Below are positions 9,561 to 18,662 of a DNA stretch of 30,233 nucleotides, piece by piece; position 1 is the stretch's first letter, and each line of letters opens with the position of its first letter. Position numbers and translations under genes: made by a program. Below the pieces are notes generated by a model. That model was not told the DNA's origin, ran no database searches, and was given only the letters and a program-made list of their open reading frames with translations. Source of the DNA: an uncultured Candidatus Saccharibacteria bacterium (GTDB lineage Bacteria > Patescibacteriota > Minisyncoccia > Phycocordibacterales > UBA9973); contig CAYRQO010000002.1 in NCBI GenBank assembly GCA_964426515.1, positions 2,873-33,105 on the forward strand, written 5' to 3'.

Positions 9561-10889
9561 ATGCAAAATAATAATAAAGGGTTCATAGATGTATTAGTCG
9601 GTCTTCAGTGGGGAGATGAAGGGAAAGGCAAGAATATAGATGAACTTCTTTCAAATGGTGTTTACTCGGCGGTTGCACGTTTTCAAGGTGGAGCAAATGC
9701 AGGACATACTATCAAATCTGGAGATGTCACTTTCATCGGGCATATCATTCCTTCAGGATGTCTTAGAAAAGATATCGAGCTATACATAGGCAACGAAGTT
9801 GTAGTTGATACTGTATCACTTATGAAAGAAATATCCCAACTGAAGGATTTAGGTTTCGATATTGTTCCACGTCTTTATATCTCAAATCGGGCAAAATTGG
9901 TATCTTATCTACACCCATTTATAGATCAAGCAGAAGAAGCATACAGAAGTAAGGGTGGCGATAAGATAGGAACAACTTCTCGTGGCATAGGCCCTGCGTA
10001 TAGCGACTCTCGTTCTAGAAAAGGACTGCTTGTTGGAGATTTAAATTTTACTGATTTTGAACATAAAGAAAAAGAATTGACAGAATTACATATGGACATA
10101 CTAAATATGTATCAAAATGAATGTGACTTCAAAATAGACGGGGGTAAAATAAAAGAAGCAAGAGAAAAGTGGCTAGAATCTTTAGAAGAATTAAAAAAGT
10201 TACAAATTTGTGATTTATCTTTCTTAATACAAAAGAGATTGAGTGAAGGAAAGAATATCCTAGCTGAAGGGGCACAAGCAATCATGCTCGATATAGACTT
10301 CGGAGACTACCCAAATGTTACTAGTTCCAATACTCTCCCTGCCAATGCTTGTCTCGGTCTTGGAGTGCCTCATAGTGTCATAAGGAATATCTATGGAGTT
10401 ATCAAGGCCTATACTACTAAAGTAGGCGGTGGTACATTCCCTGCTAGAATCCAAGATGAACCAACAGAAAAGCTTTTCCAAAATGCTGGCCATGAATTCG
10501 GAGCGACAACTGGACGACCACGTATGTGTGGTTGGCTTGATCTTTTTGCTCTTCGCTATGCCATAGGCCTCTCAGGAGCAAATAAAATTTTTATAAACAA
10601 AGCCGATATTTGTCCAACTGATAATATTGAAGTAGTCACTCATTATGAAATAAATGGAAAAACTTTAGAAGAATTCCCTCTTCGTTTAAATGAAGTCACA
10701 GGTGTGCAGACAGACAAGCTTCTTGGCTGGGGAGAAAAAAATTCTGGAGTAAATATTAAAGAGAAAGTTTCTCCTGCACTTAATACATATATAAATTATA
10801 TTAAAGACAAACTCTCAGACTTGGATGTAGAAATTATATCAGTTGGCACAGGACCAGACAGGGAGAATTCTATAAATTGGGAGAAATAG
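9561..10889 (+). CDS. purA: Adenylosuccinate synthetase (divergent)
   Basis: GLQWGDEGKGK, RFQGGANAGHT, IIPSG, GTTSRGIGPAY, EGAQ, YPNVTSSN, EFGATTGRPR, GWLD. Confidence 0.96.
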   Translation: MQNNNKGFIDVLVGLQWGDEGKGKNIDELLSNGVYSAVARFQGGANAGHTIKSGDVTFIGHIIPSGCLRKDIELYIGNEVVVDTVSLMKEISQLKDLGFDIVPRLYISNRAKLVSYLHPFIDQAEEAYRSKGGDKIGTTSRGIGPAYSDSRSRKGLLVGDLNFTDFEHKEKELTELHMDILNMYQNECDFKIDGGKIKEAREKWLESLEELKKLQICDLSFLIQKRLSEGKNILAEGAQAIMLDIDFGDYPNVTSSNTLPANACLGLGVPHSVIRNIYGVIKAYTTKVGGGTFPARIQDEPTEKLFQNAGHEFGATTGRPRMCGWLDLFALRYAIGLSGANKIFINKADICPTDNIEVVTHYEINGKTLEEFPLRLNEVTGVQTDKLLGWGEKNSGVNIKEKVSPALNTYINYIKDKLSDLDVEIISVGTGPDRENSINWEK

Positions 10890-10920
10890 AAAAGGCATCC
10901 TATTCTGGGACACCTTTTTT
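10890..10920 (-). terminator. Intrinsic terminator between convergent purA and the purD/small-ORF transcript
   Basis: Minus-strand RNA folds AAAAGGUGUCC-7 nt-GGAUGCCUUUU, fully paired with two G-U pairs; the plus-strand version has two mismatches but a longer U tract, so it may be bidirectional. Confidence 0.7.
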
Positions 10921-10937
10921 GTTAAAGAAGAATTTTT

Positions 10938-11132
10938 TTAATCTCCTTCAGCATCATGAATACTTTCAAAACGAAGATCCTCAATAAATGCTTGGTCTAC
11001 AACACAATTTTCTGGAAGAACTTTATTAGATGGTTCTATAAGATCAAAAACATTTTCCTCAAGGGATACTTTAGGAACAATTTCTGACAGCGCTACTATA
11101 GTGACATCAGTATTATCATGTGCAATTATCAT
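10938..11132 (-). CDS. Small acidic hypothetical protein (64 aa)
   Basis: Fills the gap between the purD stop and the terminator; 15 D/E versus 3 K/R; no recognised motif. Confidence 0.5.
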   Translation of the reverse strand: MIIAHDNTDVTIVALSEIVPKVSLEENVFDLIEPSNKVLPENCVVDQAFIEDLRFESIHDAEGD

Positions 11133-11172
11133 AATAATAATTATTTATTGGTTCACTTTATGTTACCAAATT

Positions 11173-12465
11173 TTACTGATGTGTTGCAAGCGTTTTTTTA
11201 CCTATGTCTTTTCTATAATACATTCCTTCAAAAGAGATTTCTTCTACTCTATTATATGCTTTTGCCAGTACTTCTTCTAAAGTATCTCCAACGGCAGTCA
11301 CTCCTAGGACTCGTCCACCATTTGTAACTAAATTTCTATTATCAGCGTACTTAGTACCAGCATGGAAAACTATTACACCATCTTGTTTTTCTGCTTCTTC
11401 TATCCCAGTAATTATTTTCCCCTTCTCATACATCTCTGGATAACCACCTGAAGCCAATACAATATTACAAGCAGAAAGATTCTTCCATTTTATTTCTATT
11501 TCAGATAATTTTTTATCAACACACGCTTCAATAATATTCAACAAATCAGTTTCCAAAAGTCGCATATATGTTTGTGTTTCTGGGTCCCCAAATCGTGCGT
11601 TGTATTCTAAAATTCTGGGTCCACCTTTTGTTAAAATTAAACCCGGATACAATATTCCTTCATATGGAATACCTTCTCTCTTCATAGCACTCAAAGTCGG
11701 CGCAATTATTTCTTCTTCTATTTGTTCCATTAATTCTTGTGTCACAAAGGGCAATGGCGCAATCGTCCCCATGCCACCTGTATTCAAACCTGTATCATTT
11801 TCACCGACACGTTTATGGTCTTGCGAAGGTGGAAAAACTTTATATGAAATACCATCAGAAAATACATGAATGGAAATTTCTGGACCGATTAAGAATTCCT
11901 CTATCACAACTTCGTTACCAGATTCTCCGAATACTTTTTTAACCAATATGTTTTCTAAAGCAATTGTTGCTTCTTCTTTTGTTTGAGCAATAATTACACC
12001 CTTACCAAGTGCAAGACCACTAACCTTTACTACAATCGGCATACTTTTATTTTCTAAATATTTAACTGCTAGCTCGTAATTATTAAATACTTCAAATTCC
12101 GCCGTTGGTAAATTATTTCTTTTCATAAATTCTTTCGAATAGGCCTTGGAAGATTCCAGTTGAGCTGCCGCTTTGGTCGGACCAAAAATACGTAATCCCT
12201 CCTTTTGGAATTCATCTACAATACCAAGAGCCAATGGGTCATCGGGTATAGCTAAGGTTAAATCTATCTTTTCATTTTTTACAAATTCCAGTATGGCCTG
12301 TATATCAGTAGCTTTAATATAAACATTTGTACCCAAACTTTCTGTCCCGCCATTACCTGGTGCAAAAAATAAGTCTCCAGCTCTTTCCGATTGTTTTAAC
12401 TTCCAACCAATTGCATGTTCCCGCCCCCCACTCCCGATTATTAAAATTTTTTGTTTATTAACCAT
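11173..12465 (-). CDS. purD: Phosphoribosylamine-glycine ligase
   Basis: GSGGREHA, APGNGG, QLESSK, GLALGKGV, QDHKR, GLNTGGMG, EYNARFGDPETQ, TNGGRVL. Confidence 0.97.
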   Translation of the reverse strand: MVNKQKILIIGSGGREHAIGWKLKQSERAGDLFFAPGNGGTESLGTNVYIKATDIQAILEFVKNEKIDLTLAIPDDPLALGIVDEFQKEGLRIFGPTKAAAQLESSKAYSKEFMKRNNLPTAEFEVFNNYELAVKYLENKSMPIVVKVSGLALGKGVIIAQTKEEATIALENILVKKVFGESGNEVVIEEFLIGPEISIHVFSDGISYKVFPPSQDHKRVGENDTGLNTGGMGTIAPLPFVTQELMEQIEEEIIAPTLSAMKREGIPYEGILYPGLILTKGGPRILEYNARFGDPETQTYMRLLETDLLNIIEACVDKKLSEIEIKWKNLSACNIVLASGGYPEMYEKGKIITGIEEAEKQDGVIVFHAGTKYADNRNLVTNGGRVLGVTAVGDTLEEVLAKAYNRVEEISFEGMYYRKDIGKKTLATHQ

Positions 12466-13183
12466 GTGGATATAATTTTATTGCTAATTCTTTACACTCT
12501 GCTAATATTTTTTCTTCATTAGGTAAAACTAATGAACTTTCTCGATGAAATTCAGAAACAGTTCCTTCACTAAAGTCTTTTAATAATTCTATTTGTACTT
12601 GATGTTCTACAGGCAAGACTCTCTCTTGTAAACTTTCAGCCGTATCATCTTCTAAAATTGGCACTTGATGTCTTTTAAGAATTGCTCCTTCATCAAATTC
12701 AGCTGTAACTCTATGAGCGGTTGCTTCAGTCCAAAAATTTCTTTGTGTTTTTTTTACAAAACAAAGTCTTGCTTGATGCACTCGCTTTCCATACATTCCT
12801 ATTCCTCCAAAATCTCCATTACCTTTTGGATCAAGTGGCCCTGGATGTTGATTTACTATTCTATCAGAATATATATTGATAACATTTTCTGGAGTCATTA
12901 CAAGCCATCCATATTGACCAATAAAATCTACTTCTCTTTTTATACATTCCTTTATTATTTTTTCCCCGAATTCATCTTTATTTTTAAAATCTTTTGATTT
13001 GATTATCAAAATATCCTTATCATTAATTCCAAGCTTTCGAGCTTTTTCTATTCCCCCAGCATTCTCACGATTAGTAATTACTAAAACTGGAAAAATTTTA
13101 TCTTTTAAAATACCATTCTTACAGGCCTTAATTATGGCTTCCATAGTTGTACCCCCACCTGAAATAAGTAATGCAATTTTCAT
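12458..13183 (-). CDS. purN: Phosphoribosylglycinamide formyltransferase with C-terminal extension
   Basis: ALLISGGGTT, NQHP (catalytic Asn/His), FGGIGMYG, TAHRV, FDEGAI (catalytic Asp). Confidence 0.93.
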   Translation of the reverse strand: MKIALLISGGGTTMEAIIKACKNGILKDKIFPVLVITNRENAGGIEKARKLGINDKDILIIKSKDFKNKDEFGEKIIKECIKREVDFIGQYGWLVMTPENVINIYSDRIVNQHPGPLDPKGNGDFGGIGMYGKRVHQARLCFVKKTQRNFWTEATAHRVTAEFDEGAILKRHQVPILEDDTAESLQERVLPVEHQVQIELLKDFSEGTVSEFHRESSLVLPNEEKILAECKELAIKLYPHG

Positions 13184-13187
13184 AAAA

Positions 13188-14591
13188 TTAATTTTTAAAT
13201 TTTAGACTATCATATTTTATTTCTTTTTCGTGTTCAAAAATTGGTAAAGGATATTCTCCGTTAAAAGCCGAGAGGCAAAATCTATCTTTAGGTAAATTTG
13301 TTGCTTTCACCATTCCATCTATTGATAAAAATGTTAAGGAGGTTGCTCCTATAAATTCGCAAGTTTCTTTGATTGTTTTTTGAGAAGAAATTAAGTTCTT
13401 TTGTTGAGGAGTATCAATACCATAAAAATCTGGAAATTTTACCGGAGCCGAACAAACTAAAAAATGCACTTCTTTGGCGCCAGCATCAAAAAACATTTTT
13501 ACTATTTGTTTTGATGTGTTCCCACGAACAATAGAATCATCGATTATACCAACTCTTTTACCCGCAATAATACTTCGAAGCACAGTTAATTTCATTTTTA
13601 ACTTTTGTTCACGATTTGCTTGAGTTGGCTCAATAAAAGTTCGATGAATATATCTATTTTTATTTAAAGCCATCTCAAAAGGAATACCTGAAGCATGCGA
13701 ATATCCAATAGCCGCAGGAATTGCTGTTTCTGGTACTGGAACAATAACATCTAATTTAATTTTAGGATTTTCCTGAAAAAGAATTTTTCCAAAATTTTTA
13801 CGTGTTTGGTAAACAGATTGTCCTAAAATCATACAGTCATGTCTTGAAAAATAAACAAATTCAAATATATCAAACTTTGGATCTACTTTCGATATAATTT
13901 TGCTCGTCATCCCCTTTTTTGAAATACAGACAATTTCACCAGGAAGAACTTCACGAATAAATTTTGCTCCCACAGTTCGAAGCCCACAAGTTTCCGATGA
14001 AATGACTTTTTCCTTACCATTTTCACCAAAAACAAGTGGGCGAATACCATAAGGGTCTCTAAAAGCGACCAATTCTTTTGTCGAAAGCACTACACAAGAA
14101 AAAGCTCCAGTAAAAAGTGGATATGCCGCCTCTACAGCTTTTGATAGTGATAAACCTTTTTTAAAGTAATAACCTAAAGCTTTTGCCATTAATTCTGAGT
14201 CGGAGTTATTTTTAGTTGGAATTTTATTTTTTTCTAAAAAATCTTCTAAAGCTTTTGTGCTAGGTAAATTTCCATTATGAGCAAAAGCGATTTTTCCATT
14301 AATTATAATTGGTTGAGCATGTTTAGAATTTGTTCCTCTGGAAGTTGAGTATCTATTATGTCCAATTGCTGCAAACCCTGAAAGTTTTTTAATGTCTTTT
14401 TCTGTATAAACTTGGCTGACTAACCCAGAACCTTTATGATGAAAAATGTTTTTGCCATCAGTTGAGACAATCCCCGTTTGTTCTTGACCTCTATGTTGAA
14501 GAGCAAATAATCCGAAATACGTTTGACGAGACGCAACATCAGGTGCATTAAAAATACCAAAAACAGCACATTTTTCATTTAAGTTATTCAT
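13188..14591 (-). CDS. purF: Amidophosphoribosyltransferase
   Basis: Short propeptide then CAVFG (N-terminal nucleophile Cys), LQHRGQ, GHNRYST, AHNGNL, RDPYGIRPL, VPVPET, PRPP motif IIDDSIVRGNT. Confidence 0.97.
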   Translation of the reverse strand: MNNLNEKCAVFGIFNAPDVASRQTYFGLFALQHRGQEQTGIVSTDGKNIFHHKGSGLVSQVYTEKDIKKLSGFAAIGHNRYSTSRGTNSKHAQPIIINGKIAFAHNGNLPSTKALEDFLEKNKIPTKNNSDSELMAKALGYYFKKGLSLSKAVEAAYPLFTGAFSCVVLSTKELVAFRDPYGIRPLVFGENGKEKVISSETCGLRTVGAKFIREVLPGEIVCISKKGMTSKIISKVDPKFDIFEFVYFSRHDCMILGQSVYQTRKNFGKILFQENPKIKLDVIVPVPETAIPAAIGYSHASGIPFEMALNKNRYIHRTFIEPTQANREQKLKMKLTVLRSIIAGKRVGIIDDSIVRGNTSKQIVKMFFDAGAKEVHFLVCSAPVKFPDFYGIDTPQQKNLISSQKTIKETCEFIGATSLTFLSIDGMVKATNLPKDRFCLSAFNGEYPLPIFEHEKEIKYDSLKFKN

Positions 14592-15385
14592 TTTCTAAAA
14601 TAATTTATTGCATTTCTAAATAAAATAATTCCTTCTCCTTCTTCAGTCAAAGCTCCAGCGGACAAGTCTTTTTTGTTTTTTTCTAATTTTTTATGTTGCC
14701 AAAGTGGTGAATGATGAAAAAATTGTGCTCGTTCTGGATGTGGCATCATTCCTAGCACTCGTCCATTATATCCCAAAATTCCAGCGATATCATAATTTGC
14801 ACCATTTGGATTTGCTTCTAAGTTTTGAAATTTACAAATATCACCTTTTGTGTAAGTAAAAGCAATTTCTTTTCTCTTTTGCATTATTTTGTATTCTTTT
14901 GTAGTTATTAAGTATCTTCCCTCTCCGTGAGCAATTGGTAATGATATTTTCTCTAAATTACCAAGCCAAGGACTTCTGCCCTCAACCTTTAAATCTACCC
15001 AACGATCAATATATTGTGCATTCTTATTGTGAGTTAAAGCTCCAGGTAAAATTCCGAGATTAGTTAGAATTTGAAAGCCATTACAAATTCCAATCATTAA
15101 AGTGTCACGAGATAAAAATTCTTTTATCTGGTTTCCTAAATGATTTTTAAGCTTATTTGCATAAGCTTTACCACTACCAGTGTCGTCTCCATAAGAAAAT
15201 CCTCCTGGAAAAGCCAATATTTGATATTCTAAAAGCATTTTCGGTTTGGCAATTAAATCATTGATGTGTACAATATCAGCAATACCTCCCGCTTGTTCAA
15301 AAGCAAATTTTGTTTCTTCTTCACAATTAAGTCCATAGCCAGACATAATAATAATTTTTGGAGTTTTTATTTTTATTTTTTTCAT
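14588..15385 (-). CDS. purQ: FGAM synthase glutaminase subunit
   Basis: GYGLNCE, FPGGFSYGD, GICNGFQIL (Cys), IAHGEG, NPNG, GMMPHPER (His/Glu); ATGA overlap with the purL stop. Confidence 0.95.
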   Translation of the reverse strand: MKKIKIKTPKIIIMSGYGLNCEEETKFAFEQAGGIADIVHINDLIAKPKMLLEYQILAFPGGFSYGDDTGSGKAYANKLKNHLGNQIKEFLSRDTLMIGICNGFQILTNLGILPGALTHNKNAQYIDRWVDLKVEGRSPWLGNLEKISLPIAHGEGRYLITTKEYKIMQKRKEIAFTYTKGDICKFQNLEANPNGANYDIAGILGYNGRVLGMMPHPERAQFFHHSPLWQHKKLEKNKKDLSAGALTEEGEGIILFRNAINYFRK

Positions 15386-18360
15386 TTCATTTTATTGGAA
15401 AAATCATGATAAAGCGTAAATAATTTTTTAACATTAGTATCAACTACTTTTTTATTTTTAGCATCAAAAATTATAAACTTACTATTTTTAGAAACTGTTC
15501 CGAGTTTACAACAAGAAATTCCTATTACTTCTTTCTCAAATTTCTTTATATTTTCTTTGTCGACAGTCACCACAATCCTACCTTGACTTTCAGAAAAAAG
15601 AGCTGAATCTATTGATGAAAAATTGCCGGGTAAATTTTTTAAAGAAATTTCACACCCAAACATTCCACCAGCAGATGCTTTTGCTAAAGCTATGGCAAGT
15701 CCTCCAGAACTGACAGAAATAGCCGATGAAACAATCTCTTTCGCAATAATATTTTCTAGGACAGAATAAATTTTTAAATTCTTCTTTAAATCTACTTTTG
15801 GTACATCATTACCAATAGCATTTGTATTTGTTTTATTGTTTTTGGCAAGCAACTTATAATATTCACTAGCTCCAAGTTCATCATAAGTTTCTCCTAACAG
15901 ATAGATATCATCTCCAGAATTCTTAAATTCCGGAGAAATAGTTTTATAAATATCTGGCATTACACCAATGGCAGATATCAACAATGTAGGTGGAATAGAA
16001 ATTGCCACTTGATTTCCTTTTTTATCATATCCTTTAAAATCATTAAACATACTATCTTTTCCAGAAATAAATGGGGTCCCATAACCAACAGCATATTTAT
16101 GACAAGCTTTGAGAGAATCAACTAATTCAGCTAATCTATTTTTATCATAAGAAGAACACCAGCAAAAATTATCTAGAATAGCTAAATGAGACAATGTTGC
16201 CCCAGCGCAAAGAGCATTTCGAATAGCAGTATCAATTGCACATGCAGCCATATCATAAGTACTAATTAAAGAATATGAAGGATAAAGACTACTTGAAAGC
16301 ACCACGCCCTTTGAAGAAGCAAGTACTGGGCGAAAAACTTGCGCATCAGTATTTATACGCCCACGCCCAGATAGTGGTTTCAAAACTGAAGATGCTTGTA
16401 CTTCATGATCGTATTGCTCAGAAATAAAAGAAGAACCTCCAATATTTTTATTTTTTAATAATTCTTCAAAAACTTTAGTACGGGAACCCTCTTTAGAAAT
16501 TTTTGGTTCTTCATATTTGTATATAATGGAAGAACTTTCTAAGTGTTTTTTGGGCAATCCATCATGTAAAAATTTCAAAGAAATATTCATAATTTCTTTA
16601 TTATTATAATTTACAATACATTTTCCAGAATTTGTAAATTCTCCCACAATTGTTGCTTCAACTCCTCGACTATCCATTAATTTTTTAAATGTATTCCATT
16701 TTTTCTTTGGTACCGATAAAGTCATGCGCTCTTGCGATTCAGAAATCCAGATTTGCCAAGGACTCAAGCCAGGATATTTTAAAGGAACTTTTTCAAGAAA
16801 AACAACAGCACCGTTGCACTCTTTTGCCATTTCGGCAATTGAACAAGAAATTCCGCCAGCACCATTATCAGTAATACTACTATATAAATCCATAGCACGA
16901 GCCTCTTTAACAATTGCATCACTTAATTTTTTTTGAGTAATTGGATCACCAATTTGCACGGCTGTTGCAGGACTTGAAGAATCCATTGCCACAGATGAAA
17001 AAGTTGCACCATGAATCCCATCAGCTCCAACCCTACCACCAGCAATTACAATATAATCACCATTTTGTGCTTGTTTTTTATGGGAAAATTTGCCATTTAT
17101 TTTCTGTGGAATAATTCCTACGGTGCCAACAAAAACCAACGGCTTACCTCGAAATAAATCATCATACTTAACAAAACCAGAAACTGTTGGAATTCCAGAA
17201 CAATTACCACCAACATTAACACCCCTTATCACTCCTTCCATAATTCGCTTCGGAGAAAGCATTTTATGGGTTAAATTTTTATCTTTATATAAAGCTCGTT
17301 CATCTTCTGGATTACCAAAACAAAAACCGTAAACATTCGCTACAGGCTTAGCACCTAAACCAAAACCCATTGTATCTCTATTTACTCCAACTATTCCTGT
17401 AATTGCTCCACCAAAGGGATCTAATGCTGAAGGGCTATTGTGAGTTTCAACCTTATGAGTTACTAAATAATTTTCATCAAAAATAATTCCACCAGAGTTA
17501 TCAGAAAAAACTGAAACACAAAAATCATTTTTGCCTTTTTGTTTACGAATCAAATTAGTGGCACCTTTAATATAAGTTTTATATAAGCCCTCAGTTATCT
17601 CATCTATTGGATTAGCAAAAATTGTATGCTTACAATGTTCAGACCAAGTTTGAGCTAAAGATTCAATTTCAATATCATTTGGATCTCTTCCTAATTTTTT
17701 AAAATGTGCCTGAATTATCTTCATGGATTCTAAATTAAGAGCCAGGGGTCCACGATGTATTTTATTTTCATCCATAATCCCTTCTTTCCCAATTTTTATT
17801 AACTCTTCGTTGGAAATATTGAGAGGGACCTTAATTACTAAGTTCTGTTTTGGCAAAATAACTTTTGGAATTTTTAAAGGTAAATTATTTTTAATTTCTC
17901 TTTCATTAAAAATATTGCATTGTTCAATAAGGGGATTATGTAGAGACAGAGCAATTTTTTTAATATCCTCTAATTCAATTTTTCCAGAAATTAAAAAAAT
18001 TTTTGAAGTATAAATTTCGAATTTTGAATTTTCTGTTAAATGTAATAAGTCATTAATTGTTTCTTTGGCAGTGTGGGCAATATTATCAGTTACTCCTGGC
18101 AAAAAACCGATTTCAATTATATAAGTAAACTTTTTTTCTTTAGGTAATTCATTGATTGATGATTTTTCTAGAATGGGATTAGTTAGGGTATTAGCGATTT
18201 TTTGAATTTCGTGTTTTGAAAATTTAGAATCAATAACATAAGAATCAATTATAGATACACCCAAAAACTTATTTTTAAAACCAAAACCTGCCCATGATTT
18301 TAAAAATAGCCTTGTACGGCTATCTTCTATTTGGGGTGTAATATATATTCTAGAAAGCAT
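15382..18360 (-). CDS. purL: FGAM synthase large subunit with two N-terminal PurS-like repeats (992 aa)
   Basis: QTWSEHCKH, KVETHNSPS, PFGGAITG, DNGAGG, SESQERM, QYDHEV, LDNFCW, ISGKDSM, FSESQGR; start set at ATG 18360 (MLSRIY). Confidence 0.95.
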   Translation of the reverse strand: MLSRIYITPQIEDSRTRLFLKSWAGFGFKNKFLGVSIIDSYVIDSKFSKHEIQKIANTLTNPILEKSSINELPKEKKFTYIIEIGFLPGVTDNIAHTAKETINDLLHLTENSKFEIYTSKIFLISGKIELEDIKKIALSLHNPLIEQCNIFNEREIKNNLPLKIPKVILPKQNLVIKVPLNISNEELIKIGKEGIMDENKIHRGPLALNLESMKIIQAHFKKLGRDPNDIEIESLAQTWSEHCKHTIFANPIDEITEGLYKTYIKGATNLIRKQKGKNDFCVSVFSDNSGGIIFDENYLVTHKVETHNSPSALDPFGGAITGIVGVNRDTMGFGLGAKPVANVYGFCFGNPEDERALYKDKNLTHKMLSPKRIMEGVIRGVNVGGNCSGIPTVSGFVKYDDLFRGKPLVFVGTVGIIPQKINGKFSHKKQAQNGDYIVIAGGRVGADGIHGATFSSVAMDSSSPATAVQIGDPITQKKLSDAIVKEARAMDLYSSITDNGAGGISCSIAEMAKECNGAVVFLEKVPLKYPGLSPWQIWISESQERMTLSVPKKKWNTFKKLMDSRGVEATIVGEFTNSGKCIVNYNNKEIMNISLKFLHDGLPKKHLESSSIIYKYEEPKISKEGSRTKVFEELLKNKNIGGSSFISEQYDHEVQASSVLKPLSGRGRINTDAQVFRPVLASSKGVVLSSSLYPSYSLISTYDMAACAIDTAIRNALCAGATLSHLAILDNFCWCSSYDKNRLAELVDSLKACHKYAVGYGTPFISGKDSMFNDFKGYDKKGNQVAISIPPTLLISAIGVMPDIYKTISPEFKNSGDDIYLLGETYDELGASEYYKLLAKNNKTNTNAIGNDVPKVDLKKNLKIYSVLENIIAKEIVSSAISVSSGGLAIALAKASAGGMFGCEISLKNLPGNFSSIDSALFSESQGRIVVTVDKENIKKFEKEVIGISCCKLGTVSKNSKFIIFDAKNKKVVDTNVKKLFTLYHDFSNKMK

Positions 18361-18416
18361 ACTTCTTATAATATAATATTTAAAATTTAAAGACAACCAA
18401 TTAATTTGCTTTTAAA

Positions 18417-18545
18417 TTATACTCCAATATCTTTCAATATTTCCATCGCATAACTTGCTGGATCTACTTTTGAATAGGTCTTTACTATTACCCCATTCTC
18501 AATTAGATATGAAAAGCGTTTTGTGAGAAGTTTTGTGTCTTTTTT
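18417..18545 (-). pseudogene. 3' remnant of a BCP/peroxiredoxin-like gene
   Basis: TKRFSYLIENGVIVKTYSKVDPASYAMEILKDI resembles the BCP/PrxQ C-terminus; no CxxxxC core; upstream in-frame sequence is low-complexity AT-rich. Confidence 0.5.
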
Positions 18546-18662
18546 AAAATTATAATTCAAAAAATAATAATATTTATCTATTTGGTTTATTAATATAAAT
18601 TTGATAGTATATGACAATACTATAATGATTAAAATAATCATATAAATTAATTAAAATATATT

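Noticed and set aside
9561-10889. purA as a pseudogene because of odd residues (GKGKNID, EGAQA, GRPRMCGW)
   Set aside because: The frame is full length and the key GDEGKGK, AGHT, TTGRxR and KxD residues are retained; it is divergent but probably functional.
14588-15385. Alternative genetic code (TGA read as Gly, as in Gracilibacteria/Absconditabacteria)
   Set aside because: TGA terminates purQ and purL at expected lengths, and the conserved genes are uninterrupted in code 11.
18417-18641. 74-aa ORF treated as an intact gene
   Set aside because: The N-terminal half is a translation of low-complexity AT-rich spacer; only the last ~35 codons look protein-like, so it is called a remnant.
18560-18662. 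yybP-ykoY (Mn) riboswitch expected upstream of TerC/Alx genes
   Set aside because: The upstream region is almost pure A/T with no structured GC stems, and a -10-like box lies 5 nt before the ATG.
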